Origin: Tagaea sp.
GTDB taxonomy: Bacteria > Pseudomonadota > Alphaproteobacteria > CACIAM-22H2
Assembly: GCA_965279525.1 (NCBI GenBank)
Contig: CBDIIB010000005.1
Coordinates: 864,001 to 928,000, forward strand
Direction of reading: 5' to 3'
DNA length: 64,000 nt
Part shown: piece by piece, positions 8,853 through 18,974 of the stretch
Layout of the letters: every line of letters begins with the position of its first letter
How positions within the stretch are numbered: position 1 is the stretch's first letter
Made by a program: the position numbers and the translations under genes
The notes under the pieces: generated by a model
The model's input: the letters and a program-made list of their open reading frames with translations, nothing else
Told to the model about the DNA's origin: nothing
Database searches by the model: none

Positions 8853-9950
8853 TCAGAGCGTGGCGAGCCATTCCGCGACGCGGCGACCGATCTCGTAGTG
8901 GCCGGCGCGCGACAGGTGGCCGTTGCCGGTCAGGGCATTGAGTTCGACGGACCAGTGGAGGAAATAGTATCTCTGCGCTGGATCTTCGGAAGCCACGAAG
9001 GCCGGCATCAGATCGAGGAACGGCACGCCGAGTTCCTGGCTGAGGCGCTCGGCGAGCGGGCCGACCTCGGCCGTCTGCCCTTCCGCAAGCACGCTGGGCG
9101 ACGGAATGGCGATGACGGCCACGGCGATGCCGGCTTTCTTCGCCAGTTGCACGAACTCGCGAAAATCGCGCTCGTAGAATTCGGTGTATTGCTTGAGTTG
9201 GGCGGCTTCGACGTCCGGTCGGGCGCGCGCCGCATCACCCTCGCCGCGCACGATGTCGGCATTCGCAGAGCGCATCTCCCACTGGCGACGCAGCTGGGCG
9301 GCCAGCGCATATAGTGCGAGATTGCGCAGGAAACCCGTCCGCAAATCGCGTGCGAAAGTCTCGACCGCGCCGAGGCCGTCCGGAGACGAGACCGGGCGCA
9401 GCCCCCGGCCGGTCGTGATGCGCCGATAGTCGAGGATATCGTTCTCGAAGACGCCGAGCACGACCAAGTCCGGCTTGAGTGCGAGTCCCTTTTCGCGAAG
9501 CCACGCCAGTTCGTCGGCAAGCGTGTAGCCGGAAACGCCACCGTTGTGGACCTGGACCTTCCCGAGCAACCGCTGCCGGCGGAGCTCCGACTGGATCCAC
9601 GCCGGCCAGGTATCCTCGGTCGCGACATAGGGGCCGAATGTCTGCGAATCGCCGATCGCGACGATCTGGCGGAATCCTGGCTGCGGCTCCTCGAGCGAAC
9701 GAAAGCCTTGGCTGTTCGTGACGACGTGATACGGGCGACGCCACCACACGACCCAATGGCCGTCCTGGCCGGGTACGAGATCGCCGGGTACGTCGGGCGC
9801 GAAGGCATAGCGGGAATTTCCGAGCCTATCGCCGGCCGGTTCGGCGCCGAGCGTGCTCGGCGTCCACAGCCACAGCCGAGCCCCGAGTTCGCTGGCGACT
9901 AAGGTCGCGACGACGATGGCACCGGTAACGAGAACGCTCTTGATCGACAT
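8853..9950 (-). CDS. Membrane-anchored SGNH/GDSL hydrolase family protein
   Basis: N-terminal TM segment, NSQGFR, IGDSQTFG, NGGVSGY, FENDI, GHLSRAGH; start could be 9965. Confidence 0.85.
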   Translation of the reverse strand: MSIKSVLVTGAIVVATLVASELGARLWLWTPSTLGAEPAGDRLGNSRYAFAPDVPGDLVPGQDGHWVVWWRRPYHVVTNSQGFRSLEEPQPGFRQIVAIGDSQTFGPYVATEDTWPAWIQSELRRQRLLGKVQVHNGGVSGYTLADELAWLREKGLALKPDLVVLGVFENDILDYRRITTGRGLRPVSSPDGLGAVETFARDLRTGFLRNLALYALAAQLRRQWEMRSANADIVRGEGDAARARPDVEAAQLKQYTEFYERDFREFVQLAKKAGIAVAVIAIPSPSVLAEGQTAEVGPLAERLSQELGVPFLDLMPAFVASEDPAQRYYFLHWSVELNALTGNGHLSRAGHYEIGRRVAEWLATL

Positions 9951-10081
9951 GGTCCGAACCGCCAAAGGTGTGACGCTCAGTTATTACACGCTGTCCGGAT
10001 TTCTGACAAAGCACGACTGGACGGCCGGAAATCCCTCCACTAGCATTCGCCGCCATTTCTACCGAGCAGGCATTTCGTCAG

Positions 10082-11317
10082 ATGGAAGCATCCCTCAAGA
10101 CCCGACCGGCGCGCAACTCGGTGCAGTTCGTCGCGCGGCAGGTGTTCTTCTGGGCTCTCGGACTTGTGGGACCGGTCGCGGCGATTGCGCCAAACGGACT
10201 GGCGGTCCTGTTCGTGGTCATGGGGCTTGCGGTAATCGTCGGCGAGCCGGCCGCCCGTAGACTCGCCGGCGTTCCCAAGGCAGCGGCACTGCCGCTCGTC
10301 GGCCTGCTTGGGTGGGCGTGGGTCACGACATTATGGACGCCGGATCCCGGGTTGGCGGCTTTCACGCTGACGCGCCTCGTCTTCGCGATATACGCCGGCC
10401 TTGCGATCGTGTCCCGTGCGCTGGCGCTCGACGCAGCCGAGATCGCGCAGGCGGAGCGCTTTTTCCTTGTCGGGTACGTCGCGGGACTTGCGATTCTCTC
10501 CGCGGAAATCGCCAGCCAGCTTGTTTTCGGGAACAGCAAATCGCTCTACGTCCAGTTTGTCGGCCCCCGTGCCGCCATCGAATCCTTCCTCAACCGGTCG
10601 AAGACAATCCTTTCGATTCTGCTTCCACTCGCCATCTCGGTCGCCTGGCGGCGACACGGATGGGCGGCTGCGGCGCTCCTCGTGGCAGCCTGCCTGGCGA
10701 TATTCATCGTCGGCGAAAGCCTCGCCTCGGCCGCCGGCCTTGTCGTGGCGGCCGTCGCTGCCGTCATGGCCGCGGCATTGGGCAGCAGGCTCGGGCCACG
10801 CCTATCTGCCGTCGGCATCGTCGCCATATTCATGGCCGCACCGTTTGTCGCACGGCTTCCGGCATTGGCGGAACTGGCGCAGCGCCACGACATCACGGTC
10901 TCGATTTACCACCGCGCGGCGATTTGGGGCTTCGTCGCCGAGCGTATCGCAGAACATCCGTTTACCGGCTGGGGCATGGAGTCCTCGCGCAACATCCCCA
11001 ACGCCCACAATCTGCTCCGCGCCTTTACTGAACTTCTGCCTCTGCATCCGCACAACGCGCCACTGCAATACTGGCTTGAGCTCGGCGCGGTCGGCGCGGC
11101 ACTTGCCGCAGCGCTTGTCGCGGCCCTGGCACTGCGCACCGGCGGGTCGCTGGCACGCCGCGTGGCGGTCATGCCGACTTTCGTGACGGCGGTTTTCGTC
11201 GCCTGCATTAGCTACGGGCTGTGGCAAGGGTGGTGGTATTCGTCGCTTTGGATTGTCGGCGCGCTTGCCACGATCGTCGGGCGCGGGGCGGAACGCACGG
11301 GTCACCACATCGGGTAG
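10082..11317 (+). CDS. O-antigen ligase / Wzy_C family membrane protein
   Basis: Multiple TM segments; HRAAIW, PFTGWG, LHPHNAPLQYWLELGAVG. Confidence 0.88.
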   Translation: MEASLKTRPARNSVQFVARQVFFWALGLVGPVAAIAPNGLAVLFVVMGLAVIVGEPAARRLAGVPKAAALPLVGLLGWAWVTTLWTPDPGLAAFTLTRLVFAIYAGLAIVSRALALDAAEIAQAERFFLVGYVAGLAILSAEIASQLVFGNSKSLYVQFVGPRAAIESFLNRSKTILSILLPLAISVAWRRHGWAAAALLVAACLAIFIVGESLASAAGLVVAAVAAVMAAALGSRLGPRLSAVGIVAIFMAAPFVARLPALAELAQRHDITVSIYHRAAIWGFVAERIAEHPFTGWGMESSRNIPNAHNLLRAFTELLPLHPHNAPLQYWLELGAVGAALAAALVAALALRTGGSLARRVAVMPTFVTAVFVACISYGLWQGWWYSSLWIVGALATIVGRGAERTGHHIG

Positions 11318-11444
11318 ATGTCGTCCTTCGTCGGCTTCCGGGAATTCGCGCGTCGCTTGCGCCAGACCCGATAACCCCAAGTGGCCAATGCGGCCGTAGC
11401 CGCTGCCGCCAATATGATCAATTCCATCCGCCAAGCTCCCGCCG

Positions 11445-12515
11445 TCATCGTGCCGACGCTGAAGGTAGCAACGCCTGATCCAGAATCGCCTTGGCGATGA
11501 TTTTAGCAGCCTCGTCTGCACCCGTCGCCGAGAAGTGAACGGGATCGAGGTGATGAGGCGTCGGGAAATCCTCGCGACGATCAGGATAAGGAAAGACTCC
11601 GGCAAGATCGCACAAGCCCGCAGCAACCTCGCGTGCCAGCGTTTCCACGATGCGCCGGTGTTCCCATACGGCACGAAAGGCGACATTGACTTTCCTGGGA
11701 TCGACTTCACCCGGGCCAAGTTCATCATTCAGCGCAAGATCGCGATAAGGAGGATTCACGTACATGGTGCGCACGCCGGCTGCACGCAGGATCGCATCCA
11801 TCGCGCGCAGATTCCCCTCGAACGCAATGGGCGGATTGGCGGCAATGTTGCGCGAGGGTCGTTTCCCGCCGTGCGCCTCGGTCCGGCGTACCAATTCACC
11901 AATGTCGCCGAGCGCGAGCGCGTGAGCGCGATTGACCGCGCCGGCAATGCGTCCGCCGGAATGGGGCTCGAACCAACTGCGCGAATACTCCCGATAATCA
12001 CGCGACAGTTTTGGATACCTGCGAGGATGCACGTCATTGTGCGTATAGTAATAGATGACCAAATCTGGGCGCAGCGGAACCACATCGAACAGTGCCCGCA
12101 GTACGTTTTCGGCGGTTGTAAACCCCTCGACCGCAGCATTGATCACTTCGATCGGACGACTCCGGTCAGTCGCGCGCAGATGGACCTCAAGTCGAGCGGG
12201 ATAAGTACGAGAATCCTCGCCGATGCCCGAGCCGTAGGTCGACGACTCGCCCATGCAAACGACCCGTATCGTTCCCGATGGCTTCTCAGTCGAAACTTCC
12301 ACTCCGCGGAAGCCGAGAGAGTTGTGCCTCGACAGGCCATCGGGCGAGCGCCACACCGGGTTGGGCGAATAGAGCATGTATGGGTGCGGTAGATAACGCG
12401 GCGTACGCATGCCGAAGACCCGTGCGAGCAGTCCAGGCCCGCCCGAGCGCAACATTTCGCCGTCGCCCAAGAGCATGAAACCTAGCGCCAGCCGCGCGCG
12501 TGCCAAGCTTCTCAC
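11445..12515 (-). CDS. SGNH/GDSL hydrolase family protein
   Basis: C-terminal part of ORF 11445..14498; GTG overlaps upstream TGA; NSLGFRG, MGESSTYG, INAAVEG, HNDV, DPVHF. Confidence 0.82.
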   Translation of the reverse strand: MRSLARARLALGFMLLGDGEMLRSGGPGLLARVFGMRTPRYLPHPYMLYSPNPVWRSPDGLSRHNSLGFRGVEVSTEKPSGTIRVVCMGESSTYGSGIGEDSRTYPARLEVHLRATDRSRPIEVINAAVEGFTTAENVLRALFDVVPLRPDLVIYYYTHNDVHPRRYPKLSRDYREYSRSWFEPHSGGRIAGAVNRAHALALGDIGELVRRTEAHGGKRPSRNIAANPPIAFEGNLRAMDAILRAAGVRTMYVNPPYRDLALNDELGPGEVDPRKVNVAFRAVWEHRRIVETLAREVAAGLCDLAGVFPYPDRREDFPTPHHLDPVHFSATGADEAAKIIAKAILDQALLPSASAR

Positions 12516-14701
12516 CTCGTCCGCTCCTGTCCATTTGGCTCCGACACACCCTGCACCACGCACCCTACCAGCAATCCGATCGCCAGCCACCAGATACGCT
12601 GATACGCGACATCGTGCACGAGCGAGAAGACGCCGAAGAAGGCGAGCAGAAGAACCACTGCGGTCGCCACGGTCTCGCGCGCACCGGGCGGTCGCATTCG
12701 CCTGCGCCACACGAGCCAGACCGGGAGCGACGCGACGACAGTTGCACCGACAAGTCCGAATTCGGCAAGGATCCAGACCGGCGTGGAATGCACGACCAGG
12801 ATCGATCCGTCGAGCCCGAGACCCTGCCGGGCGACGGCCCCGAGACCGGCCCCGACGAGCGGGTTCTGCATGAACAGGTCGAGGCCGACTTCCACGCTGC
12901 GCAGCCGTCCCTCGGTCGAGGTTCCCGCAAGCACTTCGCTCGGGTCGAAGATCGCACCCTTCTCGGTCGCCACCTTGGCGCTGCGCGCGGGTGCCAGATA
13001 TGTCGGGATCGCCCACCACGCGACGGCAAACGCAAGCGCAATGACAGACATGCGCGCGAGGAACGGCCGCAGCGCCGGGCGGAAGAAGCCCGCCAGCGAA
13101 ACGACGAGTCCGCCCGCGAGCAGGCCGGCGATCGATCCGGTCTGCCAGAGTCCGAGCATCAGGGCGCCGGCAAGCACCGTCCAGCCGGCGAGTGAACGCG
13201 CACGACGCCGCGTCTCGGCATAGGCGATCGCGAAACACAGGCCGACGAGGATCTGGAAGGAAAAGGTGTTCCGGTTGCCCGAGTAGCCCTGGAAATTCGT
13301 CGTCATGTGATGGTCCATGACCTCGAATGCCAGCAGCAGCCGCTCGAGGCTGTAGACCGCCAGCACGGCGACGGCGGTCACGATGAGCGTCTCGGCCACG
13401 CGGCGGCGGCCATGCGCGCCGAGTTCGGCGCAGACGAACGCGCCGCACGCAATATAACCAAGCAGGATCAGGCCACCGACCAGGCGGTTTGCGAACGCCC
13501 AGTCGGAAAAGCCGTACGCGAAATAGCCGTGCGCGAACGCGGCGAGGAGGATTGCACCGAGGGCCGCGATCCACACGACGAAGGTGCGCGGCAGCCGCAG
13601 CGGGATCGTGCGCGTTGCCGCGAGCGAGACGACCACGAGGCAGAGGGCGAGGACTGCCAGCGGATCGGCGAGATTGAGCGAGATCCAGCCGTCGGCGATA
13701 CGCGCCTGGACTTGGAAGAATAGGAAATAGGCCGACAGATGACCAAGCAGCAGGGCCGACGCGCGCGCGAAATGGCGGCCGTCTTCGGCAACCGTCGCAT
13801 CGCCCGACGCCTGCCCAACCGGGGCCGTCGGCCGGATCAGGAGCAGCGGTGCGGCGAAGCCCACCACCACCGTCGAGCACAGCCCGATGAGGACCGACGC
13901 GGCGACGGCCTCGGCAGCACCCACGCCGAGTGCGCCGAACGCGTAGACCGACGCGAGTTCCCGGATGCCCCATCCGTTGACCGAAAGCGGCATGCTCGCC
14001 GCAAGCGTCACGATGGCGGCGGCGGCGAGTGCACCTTCCCAGCCGACCTGCGGTGCAAGCCCGCGCACCGCTGCGGCATAGGCCGCGAAGACGGCGAGAT
14101 TTGCGACGAACGTCAGTCCGGCGATCGCGCTGGCGCGCGCCAGCGCCGACGGCGTCACGAGACGGCGCAACAGGTCCAGTTCCCGCTGGGGCCGCGCGAT
14201 CGCGAACGAGAGGGCGAGTGCGAGCGGCAGCACGATCGCCGCCGGCAGCAGCGGCGTGCGTTCGATGGCCGAGCGCACCGCGTCGGCGCCGAAGATCACG
14301 TGGAATCCCAATGCCGCCAGCACCAGCCCGACCAGCGCCATCACGAAGCGTTCGTAGCCCGAGACCAGGACGACGGCCGATGCCGAAACGCCGTACGAGC
14401 GAAGCGCGTGATGCCGCCCCAGGATCGTGCCGAAGAGATTGAAGACGAACAGACTGGAGACGAGGCCCGTGGCACCGGCGCGAAGCGATACGGCCCACGG
14501 CACGTGCACGCCGGTATGGTGCAGGGTCCAGTGAAGCCGGACCAGCACCAGCACCAGGTTAACCGTGAGCATCAGCATGATGCCGGCCGCCGTCGCGGGC
14601 GGCACGCTCGAAAGTGCCTGCCAGAGTTCGGCCGGGCCGACGTGCCAGACGATCGCGCCCGAGATGACGAGTGTGATGCAGACCGAGAGGAGGCGCAGCA
14701 T
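12512..14701 (-). CDS. Fusion of lysylphosphatidylglycerol-synthase-TM (UPF0104, flippase-like) domain and O-antigen-ligase-like domain
   Basis: N-half: RLHWTL, YERF, PLSVNGWGIRE. C-half: GNRNTFS, TGSIAGL, NPLVGAGLG, VHSTPVWILAEFGLVG. Confidence 0.75.
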   Translation of the reverse strand: MLRLLSVCITLVISGAIVWHVGPAELWQALSSVPPATAAGIMLMLTVNLVLVLVRLHWTLHHTGVHVPWAVSLRAGATGLVSSLFVFNLFGTILGRHHALRSYGVSASAVVLVSGYERFVMALVGLVLAALGFHVIFGADAVRSAIERTPLLPAAIVLPLALALSFAIARPQRELDLLRRLVTPSALARASAIAGLTFVANLAVFAAYAAAVRGLAPQVGWEGALAAAAIVTLAASMPLSVNGWGIRELASVYAFGALGVGAAEAVAASVLIGLCSTVVVGFAAPLLLIRPTAPVGQASGDATVAEDGRHFARASALLLGHLSAYFLFFQVQARIADGWISLNLADPLAVLALCLVVVSLAATRTIPLRLPRTFVVWIAALGAILLAAFAHGYFAYGFSDWAFANRLVGGLILLGYIACGAFVCAELGAHGRRRVAETLIVTAVAVLAVYSLERLLLAFEVMDHHMTTNFQGYSGNRNTFSFQILVGLCFAIAYAETRRRARSLAGWTVLAGALMLGLWQTGSIAGLLAGGLVVSLAGFFRPALRPFLARMSVIALAFAVAWWAIPTYLAPARSAKVATEKGAIFDPSEVLAGTSTEGRLRSVEVGLDLFMQNPLVGAGLGAVARQGLGLDGSILVVHSTPVWILAEFGLVGATVVASLPVWLVWRRRMRPPGARETVATAVVLLLAFFGVFSLVHDVAYQRIWWLAIGLLVGCVVQGVSEPNGQERTR

Positions 14702-14710
14702 GCGGGTTGC

Positions 14711-15442
14711 CTACTCGCCCCCTGCCACGACGAGGATGGCGCCGGTCGTGTACCGGGACATGGCGCCGGCAAGGAACAGGATTGCGGCCGCGATCTCGTC
14801 GGGTCGGGCAGCGCGGCCGACCGGAACGCGGGCACTGCGCGCGGCAAACTTCAGCCGGTCCGGATCGTCGGGCCAGCGGTTGAGGTCGGTATCGACCACG
14901 CCGGGCCGTACCGCGTTGACACGGATGCCCGTCGGCCCACCGGCCAGCGCGAAATTCCGCGTCGCCTGTTCGAGGCCGGCCTTCGCGACGGAATATCCGG
15001 CGAGCCGCGCCGACGCGGCGCGTCCCGCCACGGTGCTCGACACGTTGACGACGCACCCGCCGCCACCGGCAAGGAAATGCGGCCACGCCCGCTCGATGAG
15101 TGCGACCGGCGAATCGAGGTTGAGCGTGCGGATCGCGTCGGCCCCGTCCGGAACGCCGCCGGCATTGTTGACGAGAATGTCGACACCGCCCGCCCAGTCG
15201 AGGAAAGCGTCGAGGAGCGGTCCGGCGGTTCCCTGGCGGGACAGGTCGGCCTCGAAGACCCGGCTGTCCGGGCAGGCCGCGCAGACCGCGTCTGCGGCGG
15301 CTCCGGCAGTCCGGCAATGGATCCCGACCCGTGCCCCCATCGCCGAAAAAATGCGTGCCGAAGCCGCACCGATACCGCGTGAAGCGCCGGTTACAATGAC
15401 CCGTTTTCCACGAATCCCGTCGTCTGGCGCGATTGGCCGCAT
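14711..15442 (-). CDS. SDR oxidoreductase
   Basis: VTGASRGIG, LVNNAG, NVSS, YSVAK, IRVNAVRPG. Confidence 0.88.
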   Translation of the reverse strand: MRPIAPDDGIRGKRVIVTGASRGIGAASARIFSAMGARVGIHCRTAGAAADAVCAACPDSRVFEADLSRQGTAGPLLDAFLDWAGGVDILVNNAGGVPDGADAIRTLNLDSPVALIERAWPHFLAGGGGCVVNVSSTVAGRAASARLAGYSVAKAGLEQATRNFALAGGPTGIRVNAVRPGVVDTDLNRWPDDPDRLKFAARSARVPVGRAARPDEIAAAILFLAGAMSRYTTGAILVVAGGE

Positions 15443-15595
15443 TGCTTGGCGTAATAAAGCCCTGCCAAGCCCGCGGCAAGCCCTTCTTCGCTGGACGCCG
15501 TCTGGCCCCGGGATTAGATAGGGGCCTCCAATCGTTAAGCGGGTGCGGCCAGCTTTGCCTTGCATTGTGCCCCCCTGCGAAAGGTCCCCTCCGTC

Positions 15596-17035
15596 GTGCC
15601 TATCGAGTACTCAATCGCCGACCATTCCGTCTCGGAACGCGACACGCTTGGCGAGGCGGCAGCCCGCCTCGCCAGCAACGCGCTTGCCGTCGCCTACGTC
15701 ACCGACGGCAATGGCAAGGTCGCCGGCAGCCTGACGCCGCACGACGTGGAGGCGGCACTCGCCCGCGGCGCGGCGCGCGACGCGAAGGTCGCGGCCGCAA
15801 TGACGCCGGCCGGCAGCGGCGTCGACGGCGTCGACGGCGTCATGCCGGTCCTCGACACGGCGAACCGGCTGGCCGGCGTGCGCACGCCCGTCGGCGAACG
15901 CAAGATCCCGATCGCCGAGCCGACGCTCGGGGGCAACGAACTTCGCTACGTGACCGAGTGCGTCGAGACGAACTGGATCTCGAGCCAGGGCAGTTTCGTA
16001 CGCCGGTTCGAAGCCGAGTTCGCGGCACGTCTGGGCGTGCCCCACGCGCTCGCGGTCTCGAACGGCACGGTGGCCCTGCATCTGGCGCTGGCCGCCTTCG
16101 GCATCGGACCGGGCGACGAAGTCGTTGTCCCCAACCTCACCTTCGCCGCGACGATCAACGCGGTCATCTATACCGGCGCGACGCCGGTCATCGTCGACGT
16201 GGCACCCGATACCTGGAACATGGATCCCGACGCGTTCGTTGCCGCGATCACGCCGCGCACGAAGGCCGTCATCCCGGTCCATCTCTACGGCCAGCCCGCC
16301 GACATGGCGCCGATCTGCGCGATCGCGAAGCGGCGCGGAATATTCGTCGTCGAGGACGCGGCGGAAGCCGTCGGATCGAAGCTCGAAGGTACGGCGTGCG
16401 GCGCCATCGGCGACTGCGGCACGTTCAGCTTCTATTCGAACAAGCTGATCACGACCGGCGAAGGCGGCATGGTCGTCTTCAAGGACGATGCCGTCGCGGC
16501 ACGCGCGCGCATGCTGCGCGACCACGGCATGAATCCCTCCAAGCGCTACTGGCACGACGAGGTCGGATTCAACTACCGCCTGACCAACCTTCAGGCCGCC
16601 ATCGGCTGCGCGCAGCTCGAACAGATCGACGGTTTCCTTGCCCGGAAGAAGAGCATCGCCGCGCGCTATGTCGCGCAGCTGGCCGGCACGCCCGAAATCG
16701 AGTGCCCGCACGTCATCGACGGGTTCGACAATTCCTACTGGGTCTTCTCGGTCGCCGTCGACCGCGCGAAAGTCGATCTCGACCGCGACGCGCTGATCGA
16801 ACGGCTGTCGAAAGCAGGCATCGATTCCCGCCCGCTTTTCTACTGCCTGGACGAGATGCCGCCCTATCGCGGCTATTCCGGCAACCGCGCCTTTCCGGTC
16901 GCCAAGCGGCTGTCGGATACCGGGCTGAGCCTGCCGTCGTCGACATCGATCAAGGACGAGGAAATCGACTTCGTCGCAGGCACGTTCAAGCGGATCGTCG
17001 CGGCCCGCCGCCTCGCCCGATCCCTCGCCGCCTGA
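15596..17035 (+). CDS. Perosamine-synthase-like DegT aminotransferase with N-terminal CBS-like extension
   Basis: IPIAEPTLGGNELRYV, WISSQG, SNGTVALH, EDAAEA, FSFYSNKLITTGEGG, GFNYRLTNLQAA; N-term VTDGNGKVAGSLTPHDV is CBS-like; start uncertain. Confidence 0.88.
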   Translation: MPIEYSIADHSVSERDTLGEAAARLASNALAVAYVTDGNGKVAGSLTPHDVEAALARGAARDAKVAAAMTPAGSGVDGVDGVMPVLDTANRLAGVRTPVGERKIPIAEPTLGGNELRYVTECVETNWISSQGSFVRRFEAEFAARLGVPHALAVSNGTVALHLALAAFGIGPGDEVVVPNLTFAATINAVIYTGATPVIVDVAPDTWNMDPDAFVAAITPRTKAVIPVHLYGQPADMAPICAIAKRRGIFVVEDAAEAVGSKLEGTACGAIGDCGTFSFYSNKLITTGEGGMVVFKDDAVAARARMLRDHGMNPSKRYWHDEVGFNYRLTNLQAAIGCAQLEQIDGFLARKKSIAARYVAQLAGTPEIECPHVIDGFDNSYWVFSVAVDRAKVDLDRDALIERLSKAGIDSRPLFYCLDEMPPYRGYSGNRAFPVAKRLSDTGLSLPSSTSIKDEEIDFVAGTFKRIVAARRLARSLAA

Positions 17036-17122
17036 CGGCCCCGTGGCCCCGCCCGCAAGGGCGTTTCGCGACTCGATCCCTGCATGCTAGGAGACTCGGC
17101 ATTCTGAAATGCCGGAGTCGCC

Positions 17123-18700
17123 ATGTCTTCCGTCCGCATACGTCGCGCGCTGATCTCGGTCTCCGACAAGACCGGCCTCGTCGAACTGGGCAAGGCGCTT
17201 GCCCGCCACGGCGTGGAAATCCTGTCGACCGGCGGATCCGCCAAGGCGCTGGCGGATGCCGGCGTCGCGGTCAAGGAAGTGGGCGCCCACACCGGCTTTC
17301 CCGAAATCATGGATGGCCGCGTCAAGACGCTGCACCCCACGGTGCATGGCGGCATCCTCGCAAGGCGGGATTCGAAGGACCACATGGGGGCGATGGAAAC
17401 GCACAAGATCGCGCCCATCGACCTCGTCGTCGTCAATCTCTACCCGTTCGCGGCGACGGTCGCCAAGGGTGCGGGCTTCGACGAGTGCATCGAGAACATC
17501 GACATCGGCGGGCCGGCGATGATCCGTTCGGCCGCCAAGAACCACGAGTTCGTCGCCGTCATGGTGGAGCCCGGCCAGTACGCGGGCCTGCTCGCCGAGA
17601 TGGACGCGCAGGGTGGTGCGACGTCGCTGGAACTGCGCAAGCGCTATGCCGCCGCGGCCTACGCGCATACCGGTGCCTATGACGCGATGATCTCCGGCTG
17701 GTTCGCCGGCCAGCTCGGCGAGACGTTCCCCGAGCGGCTGAACCTGACCGTGACGCGCCGCCAGGCGCTGCGCTACGGCGAGAACCCGCACCAGGACGCG
17801 GCGTTCTATGTCGACGGAACGAACCGCCCCGGTGTGGCGACCGCGCGCCAGCTGCAGGGCAAGGAGCTTTCCTACAACAACCTCAACGACACGGATGCCG
17901 CGTTCGAGGCGGTGGCCGAGTTCGAGAGCCCCGCCTGCGTCATCGTCAAGCACGCCAACCCGTGCGGCGTGGCGCTCGGGTCCGGCCTGCACGACGCGTA
18001 TCTGAAGGCCCTCGCCTGCGACCCCGTCTCGGCCTTCGGCGGCATCGTGGCGGTCAACCGCACGCTCGATGCCGCGACCGCCGCCGAGATCGCCAAGATC
18101 TTCGTCGAGGTGATCGTCGCCCCCGACGCCGACGAGGGTGCGCGTGCCGTGCTCGCGGCCAAGAAAAACCTGCGCCTGCTGCTGACCGGCGCCATGCCCG
18201 ATCCGCTCGCCAAGGGCATGACGGTCAAGACGGTGGCGGGCGGCATGCTCGTGCAGTCACGCGACGCCGGGCGCGTGGCCGCCGGCGATCTCAAGGTCGT
18301 CACGAAGCGCCAGCCCACCAAGGCCGAGCTCGACGACATGCTGTTCGCCTTCCGTGTGGCCAAGCACGTGAAGTCGAACGCGATCGTCTACGTCAAGGAT
18401 GCCGCGACGGTCGGCATCGGGGCCGGCCAGATGAGCCGCGTGGATTCCTCGCGCATCGCCGCGGCGAAGGCCGAAGAAGCCGCGAAGGCCGCCTGCGAGA
18501 AGCAGAGCCGCTGCATCGGTTCGGTCGTCGCGTCCGACGCGTTCTTCCCGTTCGCCGACGGGCTGCTGGCGGCGGCGGCGGCGGGTGCGACCGCGATCAT
18601 CCAGCCGGGTGGCTCGATGCGCGACAGCGAAGTGATCGCCGCGGCCGACGAGAAGGGCCTCGCGATGGTCATGACCGGGATGCGGCACTTCCGCCATTGA
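17123..18700 (+). CDS. purH: Bifunctional AICAR formyltransferase / IMP cyclohydrolase
   Basis: [50 protein letters not shown]. Confidence 0.98.
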   Translation: MSSVRIRRALISVSDKTGLVELGKALARHGVEILSTGGSAKALADAGVAVKEVGAHTGFPEIMDGRVKTLHPTVHGGILARRDSKDHMGAMETHKIAPIDLVVVNLYPFAATVAKGAGFDECIENIDIGGPAMIRSAAKNHEFVAVMVEPGQYAGLLAEMDAQGGATSLELRKRYAAAAYAHTGAYDAMISGWFAGQLGETFPERLNLTVTRRQALRYGENPHQDAAFYVDGTNRPGVATARQLQGKELSYNNLNDTDAAFEAVAEFESPACVIVKHANPCGVALGSGLHDAYLKALACDPVSAFGGIVAVNRTLDAATAAEIAKIFVEVIVAPDADEGARAVLAAKKNLRLLLTGAMPDPLAKGMTVKTVAGGMLVQSRDAGRVAAGDLKVVTKRQPTKAELDDMLFAFRVAKHVKSNAIVYVKDAATVGIGAGQMSRVDSSRIAAAKAEEAAKAACEKQSRCIGSVVASDAFFPFADGLLAAAAAGATAIIQPGGSMRDSEVIAAADEKGLAMVMTGMRHFRH

Positions 18701-18720
18701 TTTGCCAGCCTACTGCCTTT

Positions 18721-18736
18721 GTGTTACATGTAACAC
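18721..18736. promoter_or_regulatory. Perfect 16-bp palindrome GTGTTACATGTAACAC, probable TA operator
   Basis: Exact dyad immediately before the antitoxin RBS (GAGGAG). Confidence 0.75.
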
Positions 18737-18749
18737 GAGGAGCAAGGCA

Positions 18750-18974
18750 ATGCGTGCACCGACAAAGCCGAAAACGAATGTGAAGCGGGTCGCCGCCCAT
18801 CGCGCGCGCCTGCGCCAGGCTGGCCTGCGGCCGATCCAGATTTGGGTCCCCGATACCCGTATGCCGGGGTTCGCCGCGGAAGCCCGGCGCCAGTCACTCC
18901 GGGTGGCAAAGGCGCGCGGCGAATCGCAGGATCAAGCATTCATTGATTCGATTTCCGAACACGATCCGGCGTGA
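18750..18974 (+). CDS. Antitoxin, DUF3018 / MazE-like
   Basis: RVAAHRARLRQAGLRPIQIWVPDTR..GFAAEARRQS; GTGA overlap with toxin. Confidence 0.88.
   Translation: MRAPTKPKTNVKRVAAHRARLRQAGLRPIQIWVPDTRMPGFAAEARRQSLRVAKARGESQDQAFIDSISEHDPA

Noticed and set aside
11445-14498. 1017-aa ORF as a single gene; likewise 19383..23264, 39988..42771 and 52966..55920
   Set aside because: Only the C-terminal parts are protein-like; each has an internal start overlapping or just after the upstream gene's stop
17036-17122. ZTP (pfl) riboswitch upstream of purH
   Set aside because: Spacer is short and shows only a small GCCC-GCAA-GGGC hairpin; I could not identify motif features
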